NCBI GenBank assembly: GCA_000091165.1
Contig: FP565575.1
Location: 600,001-632,000 of the forward strand
Direction of reading: 5' to 3'
Length of the DNA stretch: 32,000 nucleotides
Source: Candidatus Methylomirabilis oxygeniifera
GTDB taxonomy: Bacteria > Methylomirabilota > Methylomirabilia > Methylomirabilales > Methylomirabilaceae
Part shown: in pieces, positions 9,270 through 17,201 of the stretch
Numbering within the stretch: position 1 is the stretch's first letter
How the letters are laid out: each line of letters starts with the position of its first letter
The notes under the pieces: model-generated
Seen by the model: only the letters and a program-made list of their open reading frames with translations
The model's database searches: none
What the model was told of the DNA's origin: nothing
Program-made: the position numbers and the translations under genes

Positions 9270-9773
9270 ATGAGAACTGGACCGATCACAGCTTCCCAGG
9301 GCAGCGCAGTCGCCCGCCGAGTCCCCGCACGTCCGTGGCCTGGCACCGCACGCCCCGCCGAGCCGCAGCGGGTGGTCCCAGCAGTCCCACCCGATCCCGA
9401 GGTGCCCACAAAGCCGGCACGACGACGGTTCACCGCAGCCGAGAAGCTCCGCATCTTGAGACTCGCCGATGCCTGCACGGTGTCGGGGAGCCTGGGGGCG
9501 CTCTTACGCAAGGAGGGGCTGTACTCGTCGAACCTCACCACCTGGCGCCGACAGCGGGACGCGGGCACCCTGTCCGCCCTCACGCCCCAGAAGCGGGGCC
9601 GCAAACCGTCGATCCGCAGTCCACTCGCCCAGGAGCATGAGCAGCTTCGTCGGGAGAACGAACGGCTGACGCGGCGGCTCCGACAGGCCGAGCTCATCAT
9701 TGATGTTCAAAAAAAAGTTTCGCAGATCCTGGGGATCCCCCTGGCGACCTCCGAGGCAGGAGGCAGCGACTGA
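9270..9773 (+). CDS. IS3-type transposase OrfA (HTH)
   Basis: RRFTAAEKLRILRLADACTVSGSLGALLRKEGLYSSNLTTWRRQRDAG...LEQEHEQLRRENERLTRRLRQAELIIDVQKK. Confidence 0.85.
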   Translation: MRTGPITASQGSAVARRVPARPWPGTARPAEPQRVVPAVPPDPEVPTKPARRRFTAAEKLRILRLADACTVSGSLGALLRKEGLYSSNLTTWRRQRDAGTLSALTPQKRGRKPSIRSPLAQEHEQLRRENERLTRRLRQAELIIDVQKKVSQILGIPLATSEAGGSD

Positions 9774-10777
9774 TGGGCGCCGCGCAGACTCTGGCCTCCG
9801 AGGTAGGGATCAAACCGGCCTGCGACGCGTTCGGCACTTCTCGTGCCGGCTTCTACCGCGCCCAGACACGAACGCACGCTCCGATGGTGGAGCCAACGAG
9901 GCGCCCCAGCCCTCCACGGGCGCTGTCCGCCGATGAACGGCAGGGCGTGCTCGACCTGCTGCACGCCGACCGGTTTGCCGACCAGGCGCCCCATGAGGTC
10001 TATGCGACCCTCCTGGACGAAGGCGACTACCGCTGCTCCATCCGCACCATGTACCGACTCCTCAACGACCACACCGAGGTCAAAGAACGCCGGAACCAGT
10101 TGCGCCATCCGGTATATCAGAAACCGGAACTGCTGGCCACGGCCCCGAACCAGGTCTGGTCGTGGGACATTACGAAGCTCCTCAGCCCGGTGACGTGGTC
10201 CTACTTCTACCTCTATGTGATCCTGGACATTTTCAGCCGGTACGTCGTCGGCTGGATGGTCGCCTTGGCGGAATCGGCCGCCTTGGCCGAACGACTCATC
10301 CGTGAGACCTGCGCCAAACAGGGGATCGACAAAGGGCAGCTCACGATCCATGCGGACCGGGGCTCCTCCATGACCTCCAAGCCCGTGGCGTTCCTGTTGG
10401 CCGATCTGGGCGTCACCAAAACCCACAGCCGGCCGCATACGAGTGATGACAACCCGTACTCGGAAAGTCAGTTCAAGACCCTCAAGTACCGACCGGACTT
10501 CCCGGAACGGTTCGGGTGCATCGAGGATGCCCGGGGCTTCTGTCAGGACTTCTTCACCTGGTATAACACCGCGCATCGGCATACGGGCATTGGTCTCCTG
10601 ACACCGGAGGTCCTGCACTACGGCTTGGCGGACGAGGTCCGCGCGGCTCGCGCCGCGATCCTGCAGGCCGCCTATGAAACCCATCCGGAGCGGTTCGTCC
10701 GCAAGGTGCCGGTTCCCCCGGCGCTTCCGGAGGCCGCGTGGATTAACAAACCGAAGCCGATGGATACCGAGCGATGA
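9773..10777 (+). CDS. IS3-family transposase OrfB, integrase catalytic core
   Basis: VWSWDITKLLSPVTWSYFYLYVILDIFSRYVVGWMV ... THSRPHTSDDNPYSESQFKTLKY; TGATG overlap with orfA. Confidence 0.93.
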   Translation: MGAAQTLASEVGIKPACDAFGTSRAGFYRAQTRTHAPMVEPTRRPSPPRALSADERQGVLDLLHADRFADQAPHEVYATLLDEGDYRCSIRTMYRLLNDHTEVKERRNQLRHPVYQKPELLATAPNQVWSWDITKLLSPVTWSYFYLYVILDIFSRYVVGWMVALAESAALAERLIRETCAKQGIDKGQLTIHADRGSSMTSKPVAFLLADLGVTKTHSRPHTSDDNPYSESQFKTLKYRPDFPERFGCIEDARGFCQDFFTWYNTAHRHTGIGLLTPEVLHYGLADEVRAARAAILQAAYETHPERFVRKVPVPPALPEAAWINKPKPMDTER

Positions 10778-10811
10778 GGCGCGACACTAAATTCGGACAC
10801 CAGGTGTCTCA

Positions 10812-11113
10812 AAATCATTGACACATTCCGTCTCTCCGGATATGAAAACAGTCGCCTGGTCCGCTCATCGGTCGAGCGCGAGTTTATCATTATCGGAGAG
10901 GCTGTCGCAGCACTCGCCCGGGTTGCGCCGAAGACCTTCGATGCGATCACGCGAGCACGCAGGATCGTGGACTTCCGTAATCATCTCACCCATGAGTATC
11001 CGACCGTGGACAACGCTCTCGTGTGGGCGATTGTCGAGCATGATGTGCCGGTACTTCGCCGGGAGTGTGCCGTACTCATTCAGCGCGTTGTGCCTGAGGA
11101 CACGCCGAGCTAA
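10812..11113 (+). pseudogene. 3' part of the HEPN (DUF86) toxin gene, beyond the IS
   Basis: Frame ending at TAA 11113: YENSRLVRSSVEREFIIIGEAVAALARVAPKTFDAITRARRIVDFRNHLTHEYPTVDNALVWAIVEHDVPVLRRECAVLI; contains HEPN motif RNHLTHEY (Rx4HxY). Confidence 0.85.
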
Positions 11114-11114
11114 C

Positions 11115-11466
11115 CATCGCCTCGATCTGGGGACGGGAGTCGGGAGGGGCGATGACCTACAACGCCTCCAAGGCGGCGGTGATCAGCCTCTCCAAGTCGC
11201 TCGCCAAGGAACTGGCTCCTCACAATATCCTGGTCAACAGCGTGGCACCCGGCTCGACTCTCTTTCCTGGTGGCTCGTGGGACCGACGACAGCGCGAAAA
11301 CCCGGCTCAGATCGCCCAGTTCATCAAAGACGAACTGCCGCTGGGCCGATTCGGCCGCCCCGAGGAGGTCGCGGCCGCCGTGGTCTTCCTGGCGTCCCAA
11401 CAGGCCAGCCTCGTGACCGGCGCATGCGTCACCGTCGACGGCTGCCAGTCGCGCTCGCTCATCTGA
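11115..11466 (+). pseudogene. 352-bp second copy of the 3' end of the SDR gene
   Basis: Colinear with 8147-8498, no indels, about 24 mismatches (about 93% identity) but only 2 amino-acid changes in the final 104 residues. Confidence 0.9.
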
Positions 11467-11485
11467 CCGTTCGCCTGTTCCTCTG

Positions 11486-11526
11486 CTGTTCTGGCCCGTC
11501 ATTCCGTGCTTGACACGGAATCCAGT
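11486..11526 (+). repeat. Inverted-repeat dispersed element
   Basis: ttctggcccgtcattccgtgcttgacacggaatccagt; inverse copy at about 5.8 kb. Confidence 0.75.
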
Positions 11527-11638
11527 CTGGCTTTCTGGATACACGAACTCGCGGCAAGCCGCGAGGAATGAACCCTCTGTAGATTCACACGGTTCGAGAT
11601 TTGTCACCGAGAGGTCAGCGCCTCTATGGTTAGACCAA

Positions 11639-11858
11639 TGTCCTAACCCGAGACGGCAGAGGGGTTCGCAGCCGTCTGGACGCACCCGCGGAATTTTACT
11701 TCGGTCGGCCCTATCAGGATCAGGCTGACCGCTGGGGCGGCCTCTGCCGCTCTAGGCCTTGTTGAAATTCCGTTGACAAGTCTGTGAAATCGCAGGAAAC
11801 TCCAACCTATTGTGAGTATTTTTGTGACTGTGCTATACAGACCAGTATAATCATAGTT
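11639..11858 (+). repeat. Repeat R1, copy a: structured left flank of the cassette array
   Basis: Aligned with 18207-18424; includes 9-bp IR CGGCAGAGG (11654) / CCTCTGCCG (11741) and inner IR ggtcggcc/ggctgacc; similarity stops right after ATCATAGTT. Confidence 0.88.
11822..11851 (+). promoter_or_regulatory. Candidate sigma70-like promoter in R1a, reading into the cassette array
   Basis: TTGTGA-18 nt-TATAAT; ends 5 nt before insertion-point G at 11856; conserved in R1b. Confidence 0.65.
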
Positions 11859-11890
11859 CTGTCGCTCCGTGATGGAAAGGGCAGTCGGAA

Positions 11891-13069
11891 TTGGAAGTGA
11901 GCTTTCCTACAGACGCGGACAAGTTCCTTTTGCGGGAATGCCCATCTTGCGAACAGCGGTTTAAGGTCGTATTCGGGGAGGGGAGCGACGAGCTGATCTC
12001 GTGCTGCCCGTACTGCGGATACAACGAGCGCAACTGTTGGCACGCTCAGCCACAGGTCGAGTACATACAGGCAGTCGCCGCCAGCGTTGTTGTCGCCCCC
12101 GAACTCAAGAAACTGGAACGCCATCTCAAGGGAATGTCGAAGGGCATTCTCAAAATCGACGTCAATTCGAGCATCTCGTCGCCGCCACCGCCGCCTATGG
12201 AGACGGATGAACCGTTCGCCATCCTTCACTTTCCATGCTGCAACGAAACAATCAAGGTTGAACGTCGCGACCACCATTTTTGCGTTATCTGTGGTACGGA
12301 GGTTGACATGGGAATCAGCGACTCGAAGAAAGTGTTCTTGAGCCACAAAGGTATTGACAAGGATTTGGTAATTGACTTCAAGAAATCCTTGAAACTGGTT
12401 GGTTACGACCCGTGGCTAGACGAAGATGCGATGCCCGCGGGGACGTCACTTGAACGCGGGCTCCTTCAAAGTATGCGGGATTCTTGCGGCGTCGTGTTTT
12501 TTGTTACTCCATCGTTCAAAGACGAGGGGTTCCTGGAAACCGAAGTCAATTACGCGATTCAAGAGAAGCGGAAGAAGGGCGACAAATTCGCAATTGTGAC
12601 GCTGCAGTTTTGCGGCGCTGACGGCAACGTCGGGGAAATTCCTGAATTGCTCAAGACCTACGTCTGGAAGAAGCCTAAAACGCCACTTGAGGCGTTCGGG
12701 GAAATTGTTCGCGCGCTGCCGGTCGTGCCGGGAATCGTTGACTGGCGCGAAGGGATCACGGGTGTAGTTACCACTCCGAGGACGAAATCGACAACCACGC
12801 AGCTTTGCGATGAAGCAAAGGCGATTTTGAAGGCTGCAGTGGCCGGTGACGGAAGAATCACACACCTTCGCAACATGGGCGGTGAAAAAATTGGAGCGGG
12901 GGGTCAGTCGATGATACCGGACAATGATTCGCGCACCATTGCTCGTTGGGTTGGCGGCCTCGAAGATCTCCAACGTCGCCGATACGCCAAAGATCTCGGC
13001 CACAAGGGCGAGGTCTTCGAAGTCACCAGGGAAGGCTACGAAGCGGCAGACGAACTTCCAGACGCTTGA
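11891..13069 (+). CDS. TIR-domain protein with N-terminal zinc-ribbon-like Cys motifs and winged-helix-like C-terminus (cassette 1)
   Basis: TTG start; CPSC...CCPYCG and CC...CVICG motifs; KKVFLSHKGIDKDLVIDFKKSLKLVGYDPWLDEDAMPAGTSLERGLLQSMRDSCGVVFFVTPSF...FLETEVNYAI; C-term IARWVGGLEDLQRRRYAKDLGHKGEVFEVTREGYEAADEL. Confidence 0.85.
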   Translation: MEVSFPTDADKFLLRECPSCEQRFKVVFGEGSDELISCCPYCGYNERNCWHAQPQVEYIQAVAASVVVAPELKKLERHLKGMSKGILKIDVNSSISSPPPPPMETDEPFAILHFPCCNETIKVERRDHHFCVICGTEVDMGISDSKKVFLSHKGIDKDLVIDFKKSLKLVGYDPWLDEDAMPAGTSLERGLLQSMRDSCGVVFFVTPSFKDEGFLETEVNYAIQEKRKKGDKFAIVTLQFCGADGNVGEIPELLKTYVWKKPKTPLEAFGEIVRALPVVPGIVDWREGITGVVTTPRTKSTTTQLCDEAKAILKAAVAGDGRITHLRNMGGEKIGAGGQSMIPDNDSRTIARWVGGLEDLQRRRYAKDLGHKGEVFEVTREGYEAADELPDA

Positions 13070-13082
13070 TGGAAAGGGGCAC

Positions 13083-13175
13083 GCGACAAAACTAGGCGAT
13101 CCACCAGAGCCGCGTTCAGGTTGTGCAGTATGGCTAGGCTGTATCGTCGCGGCCTGGTGATCCCGGTCGTTAGGG
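13083..13175 (+). other. attC-like recombination site 1 (end of cassette 1)
   Basis: R'' GCGACAAAAC (13083-13092), 5-nt spacer, L'' GATCCACCAGAGCCGCG (13098), L' CGCGGCCTGGTGATC (13148-13162), 6-nt spacer, R' GTTAGGG (13169). L'' carries an extra unpaired base; R'' is complementary to cassette-1 start GTTCTGTCGC in 9/10. Confidence 0.78.
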
Positions 13176-13249
13176 GGTATTTTGTCAAGCGCCCCAGGGT
13201 GTTTGCGGGATTCATCTGATAGCTGGGCTCTGGAGAAGTGAAACCATAG

Positions 13250-15076
13250 ATGAGCATTCTGGGACGGTTCCTCAATCGACTGACAGAGAGTGAAGAAGGC
13301 GCTTACCTTGCGCCCCGGGAACGTGCATACGAGCATACGCGCGATGCGCGCACGCTAGAACCCGCCGGAGCAGCCATCGTCCGTTTTGCACCGACCTTCA
13401 AGCTTGAGCGGGAAGCAACGCAGTGGCCTGATGGCTTCTGGAACCACTTCAACTCCGCCAACTCTCACTACAAGCGAGGGCACTATCGCAAAGCCAAAGA
13501 GGCCTACTCATCGGCTCGTTCACTGCTTGCCGGCTATGGGGCCCTGGACACCGCCCTGCTCCGGACGTACAGAAAGCTGTACAGGGGCGCCATAGACAAG
13601 AAGCGTTGGGACGAAGCCTACCAGGAGCTATGCGAGCTATTCGAGACGCTTCCTTCTGGCGTCTCAGACACGGACAGGCGGCAGTTCAAAAAGGTTATGC
13701 AGGTGCTCAAGAAGTCCGATCCGGGCTTCTCGGGGCAACCCATGCCGCTGCAGGAACAGAGGCAAACGGGAGGCGAGAAGCCATCGGCGGAAGTGGAGTC
13801 CGCCTCCGGCAAAGACATCGCGGTGCAGCGAGATGAAACGTGGGAGCGACCCAAAGGCGAAAAGCCGCTCAGATGGCAAGAAAACCAGCTCACCTCAGGG
13901 GGGTTTCTTGCCGTGCACCGGAGGTATGACGAGCAGGCCGGAGGCTACCGCTCCTGCAATATCAGGACATACTCTTCACATGGAGACATCCAATCCGAGA
14001 AAGACTGGCTGCGCAGCTTCTACAGACTGAAGATCAGTAACACCGGAGAGCACCTGATAGGCTATTCTGACGATCTGCAGATGTCACTGTCGACGCTAAG
14101 CGGGGACATACTCGCCGAGCGAAGCGTCGCACGCGTCGCCGACGGCAACAAGTACCACATCCGATGCGTTGATCTATCTGAAGGCGGGATGCACTGCCTC
14201 TTCACATCCGCGACAAGGGCGTACCTTCTCGATCAAATGCTTCGCACGCTCTGTGTCTGGATAATGCCGCCCCCGCCTGGCTACCAGGTTGAGCACGGTG
14301 GCCAGGACGCTGGCCACCAACGTATAGAGAGGGCGTTTGCGACGCTGGAGCTGACAGGCCATCCGACGCAGGAGGAGATCAGAGCGCAGTTCCGGCAGAT
14401 GGTGTTCCGCTACCATCCGGACCGGAACCCTGGGGACACTGCGGCGCAGGAACGCACCAAGGAGATCATCGCAGCATACAAGATGGTGTCAGAGGAAGAC
14501 GTCGCTGCTGCCCTTGAGGGCCTGGGTGACAGAGAGTACTACTACCAGATTCTGCATGAGACGGAGCTGGATATAGGTGACACGGGCTACTCTGTGAAGC
14601 TCAGAATGTCCATGAGTGGTCCCGGCGATTGGATATATGCAACCCACATGACGGCGCGGGCGGAGAGGATCTATCTCGGCTGCTATTCCGGCTTGATCTA
14701 CTGCGTTGATCTTGACGGGAACGTCCTCAAAGTCTACCAGACGGATGCCCCGATCGACGGCATCGTGGAGCGAGGACAACATCTATACATATGGACGCAC
14801 ACCAGCCTGTACGTGTTGGGCCGCGACAAGGTCGTTAGCCACATCGATCTTAGGGGAGGCAGCCTCAAGTGTTTCGCAGAATGGGGGCTTATTGTCAAGA
14901 AAGGATCCTCCCTTGTTCTGTGCTCAGCAGACGGGACTTGGCTTGCGAATGTCCGTTTCCAAAGGGAGGCCCATGAGGTAGTCCCGACCTCAAGCGGTCT
15001 TGTCGCCTACACGACGAAAGAACGGTTTCGCGTCTCGCTGTCGGATGCACCTGCGGCTTCGTCTGCCAGATCGTAG
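13250..15076 (+). CDS. Large protein with N-terminal TPR-like region, central J-domain and flanking beta-propeller-like segments (cassette 2)
   Basis: HPTQEEIRAQFRQMVFRYHPDRNPGDTAAQERTKEIIAAY (HPD motif) in mid-protein; FWNHFNSANSHYKRGHYRKAKEAYSSARSLL; repeated segments IYLGCYSGLIYCVDLDGNVLKVYQT / LYIWTHTSLYVLGRDKVV. Confidence 0.78.
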   Translation: MSILGRFLNRLTESEEGAYLAPRERAYEHTRDARTLEPAGAAIVRFAPTFKLEREATQWPDGFWNHFNSANSHYKRGHYRKAKEAYSSARSLLAGYGALDTALLRTYRKLYRGAIDKKRWDEAYQELCELFETLPSGVSDTDRRQFKKVMQVLKKSDPGFSGQPMPLQEQRQTGGEKPSAEVESASGKDIAVQRDETWERPKGEKPLRWQENQLTSGGFLAVHRRYDEQAGGYRSCNIRTYSSHGDIQSEKDWLRSFYRLKISNTGEHLIGYSDDLQMSLSTLSGDILAERSVARVADGNKYHIRCVDLSEGGMHCLFTSATRAYLLDQMLRTLCVWIMPPPPGYQVEHGGQDAGHQRIERAFATLELTGHPTQEEIRAQFRQMVFRYHPDRNPGDTAAQERTKEIIAAYKMVSEEDVAAALEGLGDREYYYQILHETELDIGDTGYSVKLRMSMSGPGDWIYATHMTARAERIYLGCYSGLIYCVDLDGNVLKVYQTDAPIDGIVERGQHLYIWTHTSLYVLGRDKVVSHIDLRGGSLKCFAEWGLIVKKGSSLVLCSADGTWLANVRFQREAHEVVPTSSGLVAYTTKERFRVSLSDAPAASSARS

Positions 15077-15079
15077 TCA

Positions 15080-15152
15080 GCCGAACACCCCCTAACCGGC
15101 GCTTGCTGCCAGACAGCGCTATGCGCTGCAGCAGAAGCGCCAATCGTTCGGC
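15080..15152 (+). other. attC-like recombination site 2 (end of cassette 2)
   Basis: ACCCCCTAAC (15087-15096) is an exact 10/10 reverse complement of cassette-2 start GTTAGGGGGT (13169-13178); stem GGCGCTT-GCTGC / GCAGCAGAAGCGCC; R' GTTCGGC (15146). Confidence 0.8.
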
Positions 15153-15190
15153 TTGTTCGAGAACTATCAACAGAGTCGGGAGGGAACAGC

Positions 15191-16396
15191 ATGGGACTCC
15201 GTTTTCGAAGGTCAGTAAAGCTCGCTCCCGGTGTCCGAATGAACTTCAGCGGCAGTGGCGTAAGTTGGACGCTTGGCCCTAGGGGCGCGTCCGTCGGTAT
15301 CGGGAAGCGAGGGACGTATTTCAACACTGGTATTCCCGGAACGGGATTTTACGCCAGGGAGCGTATGGCGGGTTCCCGTGCAGGCAACCGGGCACGTGCA
15401 TCATCCTACTCAAACATATCCGTCTCTGTTGGAGTAGCAGATGATGGAACAGTGTATTTCCAGGACGCAGAAGGAAAGCCGCTCGCAGAACATTTGATCA
15501 ATACAGCAAAAAAGCAACAAGGTGACGCAATACGAGATCTTATTCAACAGAAATGTGATGAGATAAATGCACAAATCGAAGCGCTTGGGGAAATTCACGT
15601 CGATACTCCGAACCCCAATGTAAAGCTCCAATATCAACCACAGGAGTTTCCAGAATCTCCGCCCACAAAACCGGGTCCAAAAAAACCTGGGCTAATGGGC
15701 ATGTTCTTCAAGTCCGGACGAGAAAGAATAGAAAGAGAAAACCAAGCGAGAGAGCGTCAATTCGAGGAGGACCTTGAAAAATGGCGAGCGGCTAAATACC
15801 AGTTCGATGAAGCCGAGGAACATCGTAAGGATGTGATCGAACGAGGCATCTACACCAATGTGGAGATGATGGAAAACTTCTTGGAAGAGAACTTACAGAG
15901 CATTGTTTGGCCGCGTGAGACAATTTTATCAACAGAGATTCTTGATAACGGAAAAAGGGTGTTCGTCGATGTCGATCTCCCGGAGTTAGAAGGTATGCCG
16001 AGCAAAACAGCTTCGGCCCCCCAGCGAGGCTACAAGCTATCCGTAAAGGAAATGTCAGCCACACAGATTCAACGACTGTACATGCGTCATGTACACGGAA
16101 TCGGATTCAGAATTATAGGGGAAACCTTTGGTGCTTTACCCAACGCACAAGAAGTGGTGCTCTCCGCATATTCGCAACGTCCAGATCGAACAACTGGCCA
16201 TGTAACGGATGAGTATCTTTATTCGGTGCGAGTAACCAGGGCTTCATGGTCTCGCATAAATTTTGACAATCTGCAGAACTTGGATGTTGTAGATGCTCTT
16301 ACGCAGTTTGACTTGAAGAGAAACATGACAAAGACGGGGGCCTTCAAACCCATCGAACCATTCACCCCGAATGCACAGAAAATCGAACAGGCCTAA
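15191..16396 (+). CDS. DUF4236 domain protein with long uncharacterised C-terminal region (cassette 3)
   Basis: MGLRFRRSVKLAPGVRMNFSGSGVSWTLGPRGASVGIGKRGTYFNTGIPGTGFYARE; Lys/Glu-rich helical linker REERIERENQARERQFEEDLEKWRAAKYQF-like segment. Confidence 0.85.
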   Translation: MGLRFRRSVKLAPGVRMNFSGSGVSWTLGPRGASVGIGKRGTYFNTGIPGTGFYARERMAGSRAGNRARASSYSNISVSVGVADDGTVYFQDAEGKPLAEHLINTAKKQQGDAIRDLIQQKCDEINAQIEALGEIHVDTPNPNVKLQYQPQEFPESPPTKPGPKKPGLMGMFFKSGRERIERENQARERQFEEDLEKWRAAKYQFDEAEEHRKDVIERGIYTNVEMMENFLEENLQSIVWPRETILSTEILDNGKRVFVDVDLPELEGMPSKTASAPQRGYKLSVKEMSATQIQRLYMRHVHGIGFRIIGETFGALPNAQEVVLSAYSQRPDRTTGHVTDEYLYSVRVTRASWSRINFDNLQNLDVVDALTQFDLKRNMTKTGAFKPIEPFTPNAQKIEQA

Positions 16397-16468
16397 CGAG
16401 ATACTCCAACAGAAGGCGCTGTCGGCGCTCCGCGCCGCCAGGGCCGCGGCTGAGCTTCGTCGTTGGGT
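16388..16468 (+). other. attC-like recombination site 3 (overlaps stop codon of the DUF4236 gene)
   Basis: R'' GCCTAAC (16391, consensus RYYYAAC) and R' GTTGGGT (16462, consensus GTTRRRY), 78 bp apart end to end; CAGGCCTAAC complementary to cassette-3 start GTTCGGCTTG in 8/10; L pairing weaker (GAAG[G]CGCTG..CGGCTGAGCTTC). Confidence 0.68.
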
Positions 16469-16505
16469 TACCTGCGCCAATGTCAGTTGGTCGGGTTGAT
16501 ACTAC

Positions 16506-17192
16506 ATGGACTCTCGCTACATTGCTGCAGTTAGTATGGCGTTCGTAATAGCCATAGGTTTCCTCAGGACGCTCACCGCCTATAGAGGGTTGAAGAAGCG
16601 CAGGGACTTTGTATCTGAGTTCTCTGACAAGTTCGTGGAATTTGCCAATAATCCAGATTTCGACGGCAAGCTGTATTATTGGCTGACTCACAACTCGGTT
16701 GCCATTCAATCGGAACTTGGTCCCTTGGGTGTTGCATCCTACAAACCGCCGGCAATTGATTACGTGATACACAATTACCAGATGATCGTCAATCTTCTGC
16801 CAGAACTGAGAAGAAAGAAGACTGAGAATCGTTTGTTTCGCGATGGGGAAATCCACCGCGAATATGCCACAATGTGCCTGGATATCTTGGTCAGGTATCT
16901 GGGTGTAATCGATAGATGGCTACAAGAGGCGAGAGATGAGCTTCGAAACCCGTTTATCTGGCTTGGCCAAGGTGTTCAATCCATTCTGCTTTTGCCCGCC
17001 TATGTCCTGCACTGGTTTGGCTTACTTGGTGCATCTGCTCTGGGGACACTGACAAGAAACATCCTTGTCAAAAGCATTTCGTTCATTGTAGCTGTCGTGG
17101 GTCTTTTGAGTAGCTTGGTTACACTCCTCGTTGGATGGGAGGAGACGGCAAGAATAATTGGGCCTCTATGGCGCGACGCCTTTGGCCCATAA
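16506..17192 (+). CDS. Membrane protein of unknown function (cassette 4)
   Basis: 228 aa; N-terminal hydrophobic helix YIAAVSMAFVIAIGFL, C-terminal hydrophobic segments SILLLPAYVLHWFGLLGA and SFIVAVVGLLSSLVTLLVG. Confidence 0.72.
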   Translation: MDSRYIAAVSMAFVIAIGFLRTLTAYRGLKKRRDFVSEFSDKFVEFANNPDFDGKLYYWLTHNSVAIQSELGPLGVASYKPPAIDYVIHNYQMIVNLLPELRRKKTENRLFRDGEIHREYATMCLDILVRYLGVIDRWLQEARDELRNPFIWLGQGVQSILLLPAYVLHWFGLLGASALGTLTRNILVKSISFIVAVVGLLSSLVTLLVGWEETARIIGPLWRDAFGP

Positions 17193-17201
17193 GTCATGGC
17201 A

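Larger units (their letters stand above)
9216..10811 (+). mobile_element. IS3-type insertion sequence, about 1.6 kb
   Basis: Perfect 11-bp terminal inverted repeats TGAGACACCTG (9216-9226) / CAGGTGTCTCA (10801-10811) enclosing orfA/orfB; no clear target duplication. Confidence 0.88.

Noticed and set aside
9211-10816. Target-site duplication for the IS
   Set aside because: Flanks AATAG and AAATC do not match as a convincing direct repeat
10818-11685. Long overlapping ORFs on both strands across the SDR tail copy (for example 10818-11513 +, 11110-11685 -)
   Set aside because: They are out of frame with the recognisable HEPN and SDR fragments and arise from GC-rich codon bias
11891-13069. TIR gene as part of a classical Thoeris system
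   Set aside because: No ThsA-like SIR2/SLOG/NADase partner is adjacent; neighbours are J-domain, DUF4236 and membrane proteins
13250-15076. Canonical DnaJ co-chaperone
   Set aside because: J-domain is internal, with no G/F linker or CXXCXGXG zinc fingers, and TPR/propeller segments dominate
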